From Sphaerodactylus townsendi (taxonomy: Eukaryota): a stretch of 64,000 nt of DNA. Where the stretch lies: contig NC_059430.1 of the NCBI RefSeq assembly GCF_021028975.2, forward strand, positions 90,582,001 to 90,646,000. Direction: 5' to 3'. The translations under genes were made by a program, and so were the position numbers. Every line of letters begins with the position of its first letter. The first letter of the stretch is position 1. Below, in pieces: positions 43,401 to 54,287 of this stretch. The notes beneath the pieces are model-generated. The model did no database searches. It saw only the letters and a list, made by a program, of their open reading frames with translations, and was not told the DNA's origin.

Positions 43401-46326
43401 TTTGGGAAAGAAGCTTAAGTTCCAGTTTTCTGTGAGGCTTTCTAGATATTAAATGGGCACTTTGGGGAGTTATTATCAGTATTACTTTATTGATGCATTT
43501 GTTTTAATGATTTTACCCTGAATTGTGCTTTGTGTATTTGCCTGTATTTTGTATTTGCCAAAACAGCCTTCATGCACATATGCAAGGAAGGAACATATGC
43601 AAGAAAGGAACACAGCCTTCATGCACATATGCAAGCTTACTATGAACACCCTGCAGTATGGGGTTAATCCTCCCACTTCCTCCAGTTTCCCCCTATACTA
43701 GCTGAACTATGTTCAGAAAAATTCCTCTCACTTCAAAGGCTATTCTGCAAGTAGCCTTACTGGCTCAGAGCAGGCAGGCAGAAGTAACCCATTTCAGCAG
43801 GAAACCTTTAATCGCCAATGGATAACTGACATTTACTAAAACAAGCCACAGAACCTTCCAAAAGCAAGGGCAAATAAATGCTTCTTAGCCCACAAGTATC
43901 TGAAACAAGTCTTGTAATTGTGAAAAAATGAGTTCTGATGCTGTGTATAGGATGCCAAAAGCACAAATGAACTTATCCTATTCATGGGGGGAAAGTATAA
44001 AATAGACTAATCATTTCTTTTATTTTCTTACCGAACATTTACTTTCCGCAATGTACTTCTGAGCTTGCAACTCACCAGGGCTGTCAAAAGAAGAGAATGG
44101 AAAAGACTGCTCAAAAGGGATCACATAATATTTTGTGCTCGCATTCTTATTTCATATGAATCACCCCGCACAAAGTCTTAGTTCTGCTAAGGTCCAAATT
44201 CAAAGCCTTATTTATACATTAAGGTACAGGACCTACTTCTGGACTTTGCTTCTTACTTGTGAAAAACAGAAAAAAAAAGAACCAAACCAAAGCAAATCCC
44301 ATTTCAGACAATCATGTTGACCTCCTCTGGTCCCATTTAGCTCTCTCATTTAAACAACAGCTGCTTAATGACTGTGCTGCATGGGAAAATATTTTACTCA
44401 GACTTATTTCCACATCTTATCACACTGGAAAGAACAGCTCATTTTTTATTCAGCATCTTCAAACCTACAGAAAACCCCCAGAGGAAGTTCACTGTGGCTT
44501 CACTGACCTTCTCCCAAGAATTTGCTTCACTTTCACTACAGTGTTCGAAAGATTTCTTACTCTGTTTTGTTTAGCTGCCAACCCAACAACCTGCAAGAGC
44601 AAAATAATATAATCAAAAAACAAACATACTACAATCTTCTTCCTCATGTTCCATTAAGGAAAGGAAAATTACCTCTTCATTTTCTGAATACGCAACCACA
44701 GCAGGAGTAACTCTGTCACCTGCATCGTTGGCAACAACATCTGCACGACCATCCTGAAGAAATATACAACCAGTTTATTATCAGTATCAATCACAAAGGA
44801 AAGAAACATAATCTTATTTATTACAGCCTGCATGCCCCTTTTAACATTTTTTGCACTGGGTCAGGTCTTGGCTGCCAACCGAGGGCATGTTCTATTTCTA
44901 GACTGGGCGAAGACAAAATCATATGTTTCTAATTTACATTAAAAACACTTACAGCCCAATCCAGATTGGAGAAGAGGGCAGAAGGGGCTGTGGGAATAGT
45001 GCAGGTTCCGTGCATTTTTACAAAACAGATAATTAAATCTCCAATAGTCAATGAGAGGCCTTGCTCAAAGCAAAGATGGAGACATACAGTATCTCTACTA
45101 ACAGTAATAGCCAGTACTCTAATTTACATATTATCTCCATATATATCCCAGATATTTTAGAGTCTTAATCAAAGTACCATTAGCAATATTTTTGTCCCTT
45201 TTGCTTTCATTTTGGCAGTCTCATGTTAATAAAAATTACATATATGAGCCATTATTACATATGGTTATTTAATATTTATATAAAAGGTCTGTAAAAATGT
45301 GCACGTAACAATACAAATATGTGTGTAATGTTTGTTCCTGTCTTGTGGCTCTCAAACATCTGAATACATGTAATTATTTGTATGCGATTATTCTATGTGG
45401 CTCTTACGTTAAGCAACTTTGGGCACCCCTGGTGTAAACTGAAGTTTCATACTCTGTAACCCTTGCAGCCCACCCAATAAACTTTAACCACTGTGTTTTT
45501 CAATTGTGTCTGGGAGGGTCATTCCTCATGGGGGGCCAAGAGGGAACCTTAAAGGCAAGATACCACCGATGTGCGATGCAATCCACACAGTGGATAACTT
45601 TCTGCCTCTGTGTGCCATTGCTCCTTCTGCATGGACAGACCTAGGGGTGCCATTCATTCTGTCACTGGGGCTGGGCTGCTGTGTAGGGGGCTGGGGGCAC
45701 CCATATCAAGAATGGGTGACTCTGTGTGAACAGCCTCCATGGTTCCTGGGAGAAACTGTGCAGAGTGGTGGTGGTGGAGTTGCGAGGGAGGAACAGACAG
45801 AGAGGAAAAGCTTCCACTCTTTTTCTGCAATGGGAAGCTTGGCTCGACATTTCAAGGGTCTCCAGGATCTTCAATTCCATTTTGGTAAGCTAACGAGAGC
45901 TCAGAGTGAGAAAAAAACATGGATTTTGGCACAGGGGACTTCTCCAAATCATTAGTTGTCGATTTACAGTGAGAATGTCGCTACTTAGAAGCAGGGAAAG
46001 ACACTGGACTGCAAACTTTTCTCCTAACAGACTATCCTTCCGCTCCCAGGAAGTTGAACATATAAGAGACCCAAAAACCACGTGTTTTATTATCCCTAAC
46101 GCGCCAACTTTCTACTTGCAGGTAGCACCGTACGCAACAGGCCAAGACCACTTCCTCTATGCAAGACATAGGACTGTGCATCCCAGCAGCTACATTATGT
46201 CCTCATCCACTCCATATATAGCCCAACCGCAATGTTAATATTTCCCTGCTCCGCTGTCGCCAAACTCACCTTATAAACGGCGACGCAGGCGCAGGTGCTC
46301 CCCAGGTGGACGCCGATGGCCGCCAT
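31407..46326 (-). CDS. HSPA14: Heat shock 70 kDa protein 14 (ribosome-associated complex Hsp70L1), 14 exons: 46270-46326, 44673-44753, 44508-44590, 44032-44080, 42822-42915, 42641-42731, 42150-42254, 40853-41014, 40135-40290, 37325-37427, 34374-34589, 33825-33998, 32298-32365, 31407-31485; 505 aa
   Basis: Peptides [19 protein letters not shown] / [22 protein letters not shown] / [17 protein letters not shown] / [22 protein letters not shown] / [12 protein letters not shown] / [21 protein letters not shown] introns, 1518 nt in frame. Confidence 0.97.
34790..35425 (+). mobile_element. Putative 5' LTR (34790-35401) followed by a PBS-like sequence
   Basis: TGTGA...TCACA inverted termini, internal AATAAA near 35194, immediately followed by gtt-TGGTGGCA. 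Confidence 0.5.
36986..37280 (-). mobile_element. Sauria SINE
   Basis: (ACCTTT)-type tail (aaaggtaaag on +) and the conserved body actcattttactgaccttggaagaataacaggttgagtcaaccttgagcc. Confidence 0.8.
37800..37947. mobile_element. 148-bp palindromic hAT MITE
   Basis: Almost perfect 74-bp inverted arms starting CAGGGGTAGGGAACC; perfect 8-bp TSD CACTAGTG. Confidence 0.92.
38350..40020 (-). mobile_element. Decayed DIRS-type tyrosine-recombinase retrotransposon
   Basis: Minus-strand peptides [33 protein letters not shown] (HxxR box) and [21 protein letters not shown] resemble the DIRS YR C-terminus; boundaries approximate. Confidence 0.75.
41539..41704. mobile_element. Tc1/mariner (Tc2-like) MITE, 166 bp
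   Basis: TIR CCATGTTTCCCCGAAAATAAGAC / GTCTTATTTTCAGGCAAACAGGG; TA TSD; same terminal type as 21799-22038. Confidence 0.8.
41803..41943 (-). mobile_element. 141-bp Harbinger-like MITE (family A)
   Basis: Reverse complement of 3722-3862; TSD TAG. Confidence 0.85.
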
Positions 46327-47070
46327 GACACCTCAACTTCCTCAAGGGCTACGCCATGCTGTCTCCCTTCCACCCAATGGCCTAAGAACTCAGCAACGGC
46401 CAATCAACAGCGACTTCATTCGACCAATCAAAAGAGAGCAAGACGTAGCGTCATAAAGTGTATTAACCAAGGTAGGCTGGGAAGAGGGCAGGGTTTTAAG
46501 GGGCGGTTGGGTTGGCTCGGGGGCGTTTCGGAAGGGGGCGCGGCCCGAATTTGATCCCAGTTAGGGGCGGGGCTTCGGCTGACGGCCACGAGCGGCACCG
46601 GTATTTGTGGAGGCTTCTGCGCTGCAAATTATGGTGCAAATTTGGCGCGCGTGGCGCTGCTCCTGGGTCGCCCTGGCGCTGGCCGCGATGAACCTGGCGG
46701 GCTGCTTCCTCCAGAGGGCCGGGGGTGCGGAAGCCCAGTGTGAAGGTGAGGGGCCCGCTTGTATCCCTGCACCTGTTGCTCCTCGCGGGACCATCTGCGG
46801 CTATAATTAGCCAGGCGCATGTTATTCACAAGGGCCCCGCTCTCTTACACAGCACCCTTTTAGCTCGAGCCTTCGTCGTTCTCCGGCGAGAGCTCCCCGG
46901 TCCTGCAAAGGGGGGTGGGGGTTCTACTAACAATTTCTGCGTGAGTTTTGGCAAGTTAGGCGGGGCTGGCTCCCTCCCTCCCTTCAGCTGGGCTTTTCTG
47001 TGCAATGACTGTAGCAAGAAACTGACTCGCACGTGGATGTGCAAAATGCAACGAGGAGGAGAAAGTCGCT
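46230..47070. promoter_or_regulatory. CpG-rich bidirectional promoter HSPA14/CDNF
   Basis: Start codons at 46326 (-) and 46631 (+) are 304 bp apart; three CCAAT boxes near 46374, 46400 and 46424; GC boxes near 46500 and 46563; high CpG density. Confidence 0.85.
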
Positions 47071-50000
47071 AGAGATGTTTCTCCCTCTCCCATAGCACTG
47101 GAGTTGTGGGGCACCGAGTGAAGGTGACAGGGCAGAAAATATTTCTTTGCTCAACGGGGAGCTAAATTGTGGGAATCACTGCCAGGGGGCGTAGCGACCG
47201 CCCACTATCATAAATGATTTTAAAAGGCAGAAATGATTTTATATGGCAGAATCCCCCTGCCCTAGATAGGCCAGGTTAACTGGATCTTGTCAGAACTCAG
47301 AAGCTATGCAGGGTCCGCCCTGGTTAGTATTTGGATGGGAGACAACAAGGAATACCATCTATTCCTTGAAAAACCTCTGGCATCCCCATAAATTGGCTGT
47401 GACTTAACAGCATTTTCTACCGTCCATAACAGAAACAAAATAATTTGAATTTCAATACAGCTACAACATAAAACAACTACCAATTATTAATTGTGGTTAC
47501 GCAGAATGTTCCTGAGCATACCCATTCAGAGCGTTGAAAGAGTTTTTGGGTTGCTCATTTGTTTCAAGGCACAATTCAAAGTGCAGGATCTTACCTTCAA
47601 AGCCCTAAATGGTTTGGGGCCAGATTACATGAAGGACCAGCTCCTCCCATATTGTCGATCCTTCCAATTAGAATCTGCCTCTCAAGCTCTGCTCTCTGTT
47701 CCCGCACATAAAGAGGAGAAATGAGTGGCTGGCCACCAGAACCAAGGCTTTTTTAGTAGCAGCATCTTGCTTGTGGAATGCCCTTCTCTATGAGGTTTGC
47801 TTGCCAACTATATTGCTTTCTTTTAGGTGCTGGGTCATAATGTTCCTGTTCTCCCCGGCTTTTAACTTAGGGATTCTTATAACACTATTATAGTCTGCTT
47901 TTAGTGTGAAAACTGTTATTCTAAGCTGTTCAACAATCTATGCTTTTAGATTGTGGCTGGGTTTGTAAAGCTGACTGTTAATGCTGGATTTTAATTAATT
48001 TTTCATGTTTTGTTTGTATTATGCTTTATTTTGTAAGCTGCCTCCGACAGATTTCCTGGAAAGGCAACATAACAATTTGCTGAATAAATAACAAATAAAT
48101 AAAATCCTACGGTGTTCAGTGGGTCTTACTACTAGCTAATGAGTGATCGTAACCAGTGTCTAGAATTTACTAAGAATGTTGGATCTTGAATGTTGACTGA
48201 AATACTCTCTTATTGCCTATAGATGGCATAAGAATATCACAGAATCACCTTCTGTCATCCTTTGTATAAACTGTTAATTTATTGATTAAAACTTCATATT
48301 CTTCCTTTCCTTGTGGTTCAACGTGGCTTTGTGAAAAATGTAGTAGGCTTTTCAGCAACACTTATTTTCACATTCAGTGTTGGCCCCGGTGAAATTATGT
48401 AGTCCTTTAAAAATAAATAGCGTTGGGAAAACCTGTGCTTTCATTCACAAAGTCTCTTTGTCTGCTGTGGCAAAATCAAGGATTAACACATTTAAATGAT
48501 CATCAGCTAGCACCCATGCTGTCAAGTGTGTAAAGGATACCCACATAGTATTGTATTGTCCACTCAGACTGGCAGCAGCTCTCTAAGGTATCAGGCAGAG
48601 GTCTTAATGTCAAATTCCTTAAAACAGGAGAAGCTGAGGATAGAACCCAGGACCTTCTACATGCCATGCAGATGCTCTGCCGTTGTGCCACAGCCCCCCG
48701 CCCCCCGTGAAAATGATGACAGTGAAGATGATGGCTAGAAAATGATGACAGTGAAGATGATGGCTATGGGGCACATGGGAAAGTGTAGGGAGACTGATAG
48801 ATCATGTTTGTAAAATGGGATTAAAAGGTGAACAGGCTTACATCATACTTGAATCTGTCAGAGTTCATCTTCTAAGGGTCAACAAGCCAACAGATATAAA
48901 TAATTCCACGCATGGCCAACTTTAGCTGCTTGGTGTTAAATTTTCATGATGTGGAAGGGACTTAATTGCATTTATAAGAACAGTTCCAACCAAAGTCTCT
49001 ATTCAAGCCAGAACTAATGGATATAGTATGGAAATAAGTTATATAAGCCTGAAAATCTTTATATAGTTTTACATTGTCAAATACTGGGGTAATTCAGGAT
49101 TCCATTAAGGGAAGCTGCATTGCTTTACAAAAAAAGTATTCACAAAGCTTGGCTTCCAGAGCTACAAAACAAAGCAATCTCATTAGCTTAATAAAAATAA
49201 ATCTTCAGTGCTGTTGCCCAAAACTGACTTCCAGAATGAACCAGAACCAATCACAGTTTTCCAGCTGATGACCCAATCCGGGGGGAAGGTGCAAAAATGG
49301 CATCTGGGATTGGTTCAGCACTGCACTGGTGTGTTTGCCCCCTCTGCTGGCATAAAAGGCACCCACGTTGGCGGAGAGAGCAAAGACCCCGGTATCTAGG
49401 CGCCTCACAGCTCCGCAGCAGCCAAACATAGAAGTGGGTGCCATGGCGGAACTACACTGGCATCCAAACAGTAAATTCTCAGGGTGGAGCCAAATTTAGT
49501 CAGCTTCCACCAGGGCTTTCAATCCAGGAATACCTCAGCATGAGCTTTGGGTTTACACCACCCGCTTCGTTCAGCCCTATGGACGGCTTTTCAGGCAGCT
49601 GTGTTTTTTCTTTTTTACTACCTCCCCACACTGCCTGGAAGTCCTCTGGAGGTGATGATGCAGTGGCACCATCCCCAGTTGCTGGAGCCCCATGGATTGG
49701 GCTGCCATTGTACAGACTACATTTGAACAAATACTGAGGAAAATCCAATAGAACTGTTGAAAGGATATCTGATATTCCCACATACTCCTTTGAACTTTTT
49801 CAATGTTCTACATAAGCATGTTTCATTAACTAAGAATGCAAAAATAATCCCTTACAGGAAATAGAACCTTTGCAGACTGAAATATGTCACATCACATAAT
49901 TATCAAAGTGAAACTGATCGAGAGCAGCACTTTTGAAAAGCAAGTTATTTTGTGTCCATCTTACCCATTACAGAAGTAACAGGTTGTTAGTATCAACAAG

Positions 50001-53000
50001 CATATACATTTGGAGATTTTTGCACTGGATATTATTCAAGGCTGGTTCTCCATCCATGCCAATCAAACACATTCTTGGGGCAGCACATTGAAGAGGATAT
50101 TGATGCACTGCAGGGGCTCAGTGGTACAGGAAGGGACTGACAACCTTTCCAGGACCTGGGCTGTAGCAGACCAGGCCCAAACCAAACCCTAGAGATGATG
50201 ATGTACCACAGTTGGACAACCAATATACCTGGAACTGGCTCTGACAATGTTCATAACTGATTCTTCTCCACTTCTCTGGAGTTCTTCCAGCCTGCCTTAT
50301 GGATCATAGATTTCTATGCTGACCTCTTCCAGCATGACAAGGTTTGCCACATTGCCCCTGGCCACTGGTGGGGTAGGAGAGGGGTAGGGTTGCAATATCT
50401 AGGTTGGGAAACTCCTAGAGATTTGGGGATGAAACCTGAGGATGACAAGGGACATCAGTGGGCTGCAGTGCCATACCAATTCATCCTCCAAAGCTTCCAT
50501 TTTCTCCGGGGAACTGATCTGTTTACTCTGGATATGAGCTGCAATTAATTACAAGGGATCATCAGGACCCACCTGGAGGCTGGCATCCCTAACCATGACA
50601 CATTTATCAGATGGGTTTTTTTTCTTTATGAGCAAGTAAGAACCGTATACTGTTTCACTTTCTTCGATAGCTCATTACTTCTGCTGTAAGTAAAGTTAGG
50701 GGGAATTGACAAGCATGTTTTTCTATATAATTATTGCAATGCAAGTGGCTTTATACTGTGGCCTTGTTGCTTCCCAACACAGACCTTTAGCAGATGAAAG
50801 CTCAGTGTTCTACGATTTCCCCATTTCCCCCATAATGCAGTGTGAGCATGTTCCCTATGTTTGACTGACAACAACATATACATTCATTTGAGTGCAAGGG
50901 AGTCACAGGAGTCCACTGCAGAAGTAGGAAGCAAACGGAAGCATTGCAAAATAAACATTTTGCATCTTCTCCATTGTCCATTTTCAATTTCAACTTCTTC
51001 CAGAGGCCTTGAGTTCACAGGCAAGTTCTGCCCAGAAATTATCAGTTGAGAAATAGGATTATCTAATTCCCATGCCATGGCTTTGAGTGTACCCCATGCC
51101 AAAAGAAAAGGGGTCTCAGAGGGACACACTGCATGGGATCCAGATTAAGCTAGCAATTTCCACTGTTCCCTCTGCTGACTATCCTTAGTATCCCTTGTCC
51201 TCTAGGAACAGAATTTCATGGAGTTGAACAGGACCTCAATGGCAGAGAACTTTTGTTCTGTTGATAGACAATTTGGTCTGGATCTCTTATAGTCACTGAT
51301 ACGAGCTACAAGCACCCATCTCGGGATACAGAAATCTACCAATTCTACAATGGGTCAGTTTCCAGACAAAATACACTGCAAAGAGGGCAAGCCGGCTCTT
51401 TAATTTATTCATTCATTCATTCATTCATTCATTCATTCATTCATTCATTCATTCATTCATTCATTCATTCATTCATTCATTCCACTTTTATACCACCCTC
51501 CCCCAAAGGGCTCAGAAGAAGAAAGGGCTTTAAAAGAAGAAAGCCAATCTCTCCTTCAGAACAAAACATGTGATGTTACCTTTTTGATTTTTATGGAATA
51601 CAAGTGGAATATTCTCTGCAGTCTACTTTGCACATTACTGTTTTATTCATGCATTCTGTGTATGTGTTTTAATGTTTTCCTTTCTCCCCATTACAGTTTG
51701 CCAACATTTTTTGGGCAGATTTTACAGTCATCTAAAAGAAAAGCATTCAGATTTCTCTGTGGCTTCTATAGAGAACGAACTAGTCAAAAGTTGTACGGAG
51801 GCAAAAGGAAAAGAAAATCGCCTGGTATGACTTCTCTCATCATTAGAAATGTTTGAGATGAAATGTCTCAAACCAGGAGAGCTTCGGCAGGAGTGGGGAT
51901 AGGCTGGTAATCTTTTGCCCTTACCACGAACATCAAATTAGTGTTGACAGCAGGGCTCTCCTTTCTTTCTGTAGTGCTATTATATCGGAGCCACGAGCGA
52001 TGCGGCTACCAAGATCATCAGTGAAGTCAGCCGCCCGATGAGTGCCCATATACCCGTGCCTAAAATCTGTGAGAAGCTGAAGAAAATAGACAATCAGATC
52101 TGTGAACTCAAATTTGGTATGCAGGACAGAACCACCACCAAGCCTGCCTGGCAGTCCAGTGATTCTCTGAGTTCATTATTGTATACCAGCAATTCTGCTG
52201 CTGGCTTGTGCATAGTGATCGCAGCACAATTGGGGCAAACACACATAGTTATGCTGTTTGTAATGACCACTTCTGACATCCATATATAATGATGTTCTTC
52301 TTGTGGAGCATTTGCCATGAGTAGCAGGTGCGGTTTTCTATATAGGCCTCTTCAAATAATCAATTTTTAAAATTGTTCTGGGCTTTTGTAGAACTTCCCT
52401 CTCCCTGCCCCCACCCTGCATCTTAGGGTGAAACCAAATATGACAGCATCCTCATGGCTGCCACAAGGACAACACTGCCCCCATTCTAATGGCATTTTAA
52501 AATGCCACAAAGGCCCAATCCTGATTAGGCTTGCAGCACTATGCTTCTTTCTCACACATCTTTTCAAGTGGGTGGATAGCCCACTTGGCTGTTTTGGCAT
52601 TTGAAAAAGTGGAAGGGGAGACAGGAGTTCCATGCTGTGGATCTGGACAGGATTGGACCCTGAAGCATTTTAAAATTTCTTCAAAATGGAAGCAGTATCC
52701 TTATAGTGGCCATGAGAGCACCATTGCATTTTGTTTGGCTCTTAGCTATTTGTAACTAAAGCAAGTCTTTTAAAATGTTTTTTGAGTTCCACCTGTCAGT
52801 AAAAGCATGGTAGACACTTGATCCTGGCTTTTGCCAGATGATTCACCTGGACAACTGGTTTCACTTTACGCGAGAAATGGTATAGCATGCCTTTGGGTTA
52901 AACAGGTGTTTAAAATAAATTTAAAAATCTGAATGAGGGTTACTTTCCTTTGTCAAGCTTCTGCATTTTGGTATTGGTCACTGGTGTCAGTGTTTTCAAA

Positions 53001-54287
53001 TTAACAGTTCAGAAAGGTTGCAATGATCACATGACATTCCTGACATTTTTGTAAGTAATTTTTATGCAGGAAGTAAAATGTCTACTGGTGAGTTTCCCTG
53101 TGCTGTTGTCCCTTGGCAGGTTGTAAACAGACAGGAAGTTAATGCCACTCCATCTGACCATCAAATGTAAACTGCAGGTTCAGGCAGCCTCAATTTGCAC
53201 CAGAGCTGGGGGGGCAGGTCTAGTTATTCGAAATCAGGTACTCTCAGCTATTAGCATTTTACAGGAAATATCAGGTGGCCTTACAAAAGGTGAATTTTCT
53301 TTGTGCCTTCAACCATTCAGGAATTGAGTGCTGTAATAAACTGCCTTATGGATTTAGCCAGTCCACAGAAATGAAATATTTTTGAGGGGAGAAGTCCTTT
53401 TTGTAAAAGAAAATTACCCCAAATTGCCCCAATTCACTATCCTCAAGAAGATGAAGATATTGCTAAAGAAGTTTTAGGGTATCATCACAATCTGCTCAAG
53501 TAAGTTAAGCATTAAGGATTAAGTTTTCAGTACATTCACATTCTGGTCACCACCTTGAGAGGAAAAGGTACAAAACCAGGCAACAGAAGTGATCAAAGGA
53601 TTGGGGCAACTAGCATGTGTGGAAAGGTAAAAGAATGTGGTTCAAGAGGGGATATGACAGAAGTCAACAAAATGATGCATGGGATGCAGAAACCAGAGAG
53701 ACTTTTTTCCTTTCTACTTTCCCATAATATTACAGCTCAGGATACATCAATTGCATGGACAACGGATTCAGGGCAGGCAAGGGCAGTATTTCTTCAAATA
53801 ACATAATTAAGCTGTGGAACTCACTGCCACGGTAGGCTTTAACAAGAAATAGATAAATTTGTGAAAGACTGATCTATCTAGAGCTGTTTGCTTATGACAG
53901 CTATACAGAACCTTTATATTGATAGGCTGTAGAACAATGCCAGTTTGTACAGATTGGCCACTATAGGAAACAATGTCATGGGAACTAGCAAGCCAGATAA
54001 GAAAGCCATCTTTTTAGATGAGCAATGGAAGGTGGGGTTTGAGGGTGGGAAACAAAAATAAAGAATGAAATAATTAGAGCATATTTCTCTGGGTATTTGT
54101 TTTTACAGAAAGAACCCTTGACTTAACATCAGTAGACCTCTCGAAGATGAGAGTGGCGGAGCTGAAGAAGATCCTGGATAGCTGGGGAGAAGTGTGTCGA
54201 GCATGCATTGAAAAAACAGACTTGGTGAACCTGATTAAAGAGCTGGCCCCAAAACACACAGCTCCAACTTCTAGAACTGACCTCTGA
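46631..54287 (+). CDS. CDNF: Cerebral dopamine neurotrophic factor, 4 exons: 46631-46745, 51697-51824, 51975-52116, 54109-54287; 187 aa
   Basis: Signal-peptide-like N-terminus, [45 protein letters not shown]-like [25 protein letters not shown]-terminal RTDL. The head-to-head position with HSPA14 identifies it as CDNF rather than MANF. AATAAA at 54972-54977. Confidence 0.95.
47265..47420 (+). mobile_element. 5S rRNA-derived SINE fragment
   Basis: gatcttgtcagaactcagaagctatgcagggtccgccctggttagtatttggatgggagac is a degenerate 5S rRNA segment; related to the copy at 10330-10510. Confidence 0.75.
47500..47860 (+). mobile_element. L2-type LINE 3' fragment (similar relic near 59000-59200)
   Basis: [28 protein letters not shown] resembles the L2 ORF2 C-terminus. 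Confidence 0.65.
48555..48697 (-). mobile_element. tRNA-derived SINE fragment (Squam2-like)
   Basis: Minus head ggggctgtggcacaacggcagagcatctgc...gtcctgggttctatcctcagc is a degenerate tRNA with A/B boxes. Confidence 0.6.
48709..48766 (+). repeat. Perfect 29-bp tandem duplication
   Basis: GAAAATGATGACAGTGAAGATGATGGCTA x2. Confidence 0.95.
51406..51482 (+). repeat. (ATTC)n microsatellite, about 19 units
   Basis: Directly visible in CDNF intron 1. Confidence 0.98.
53550..53880 (+). mobile_element. CR1 LINE 3' fragment
   Basis: [13 protein letters not shown] resembles CR1 RGDMIEVYKIMHG; ataattaagctgtggaactcactgcca is a typical CR1 3' segment. Confidence 0.7.

Noticed and set aside
46360-46450. 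ER-stress element in the CDNF promoter
   Set aside because: None of the three CCAAT boxes is followed by CCACG at 9 nt, and I saw no ATTGG-N-CCACG.
47265-47345. 5S rRNA gene (also 10430-10510)
   Set aside because: Partial, diverged and fused to a SINE tail; not a functional rRNA gene.
48620-48697. tRNA gene (also near 11670-11730)
   Set aside because: Degenerate SINE heads; no intact cloverleaf is evident.
46631-54287. Calling this gene MANF because of the RTDL tail
   Set aside because: The head-to-head linkage with HSPA14 and CDNF-like peptides ([12 protein letters not shown]) favour CDNF.
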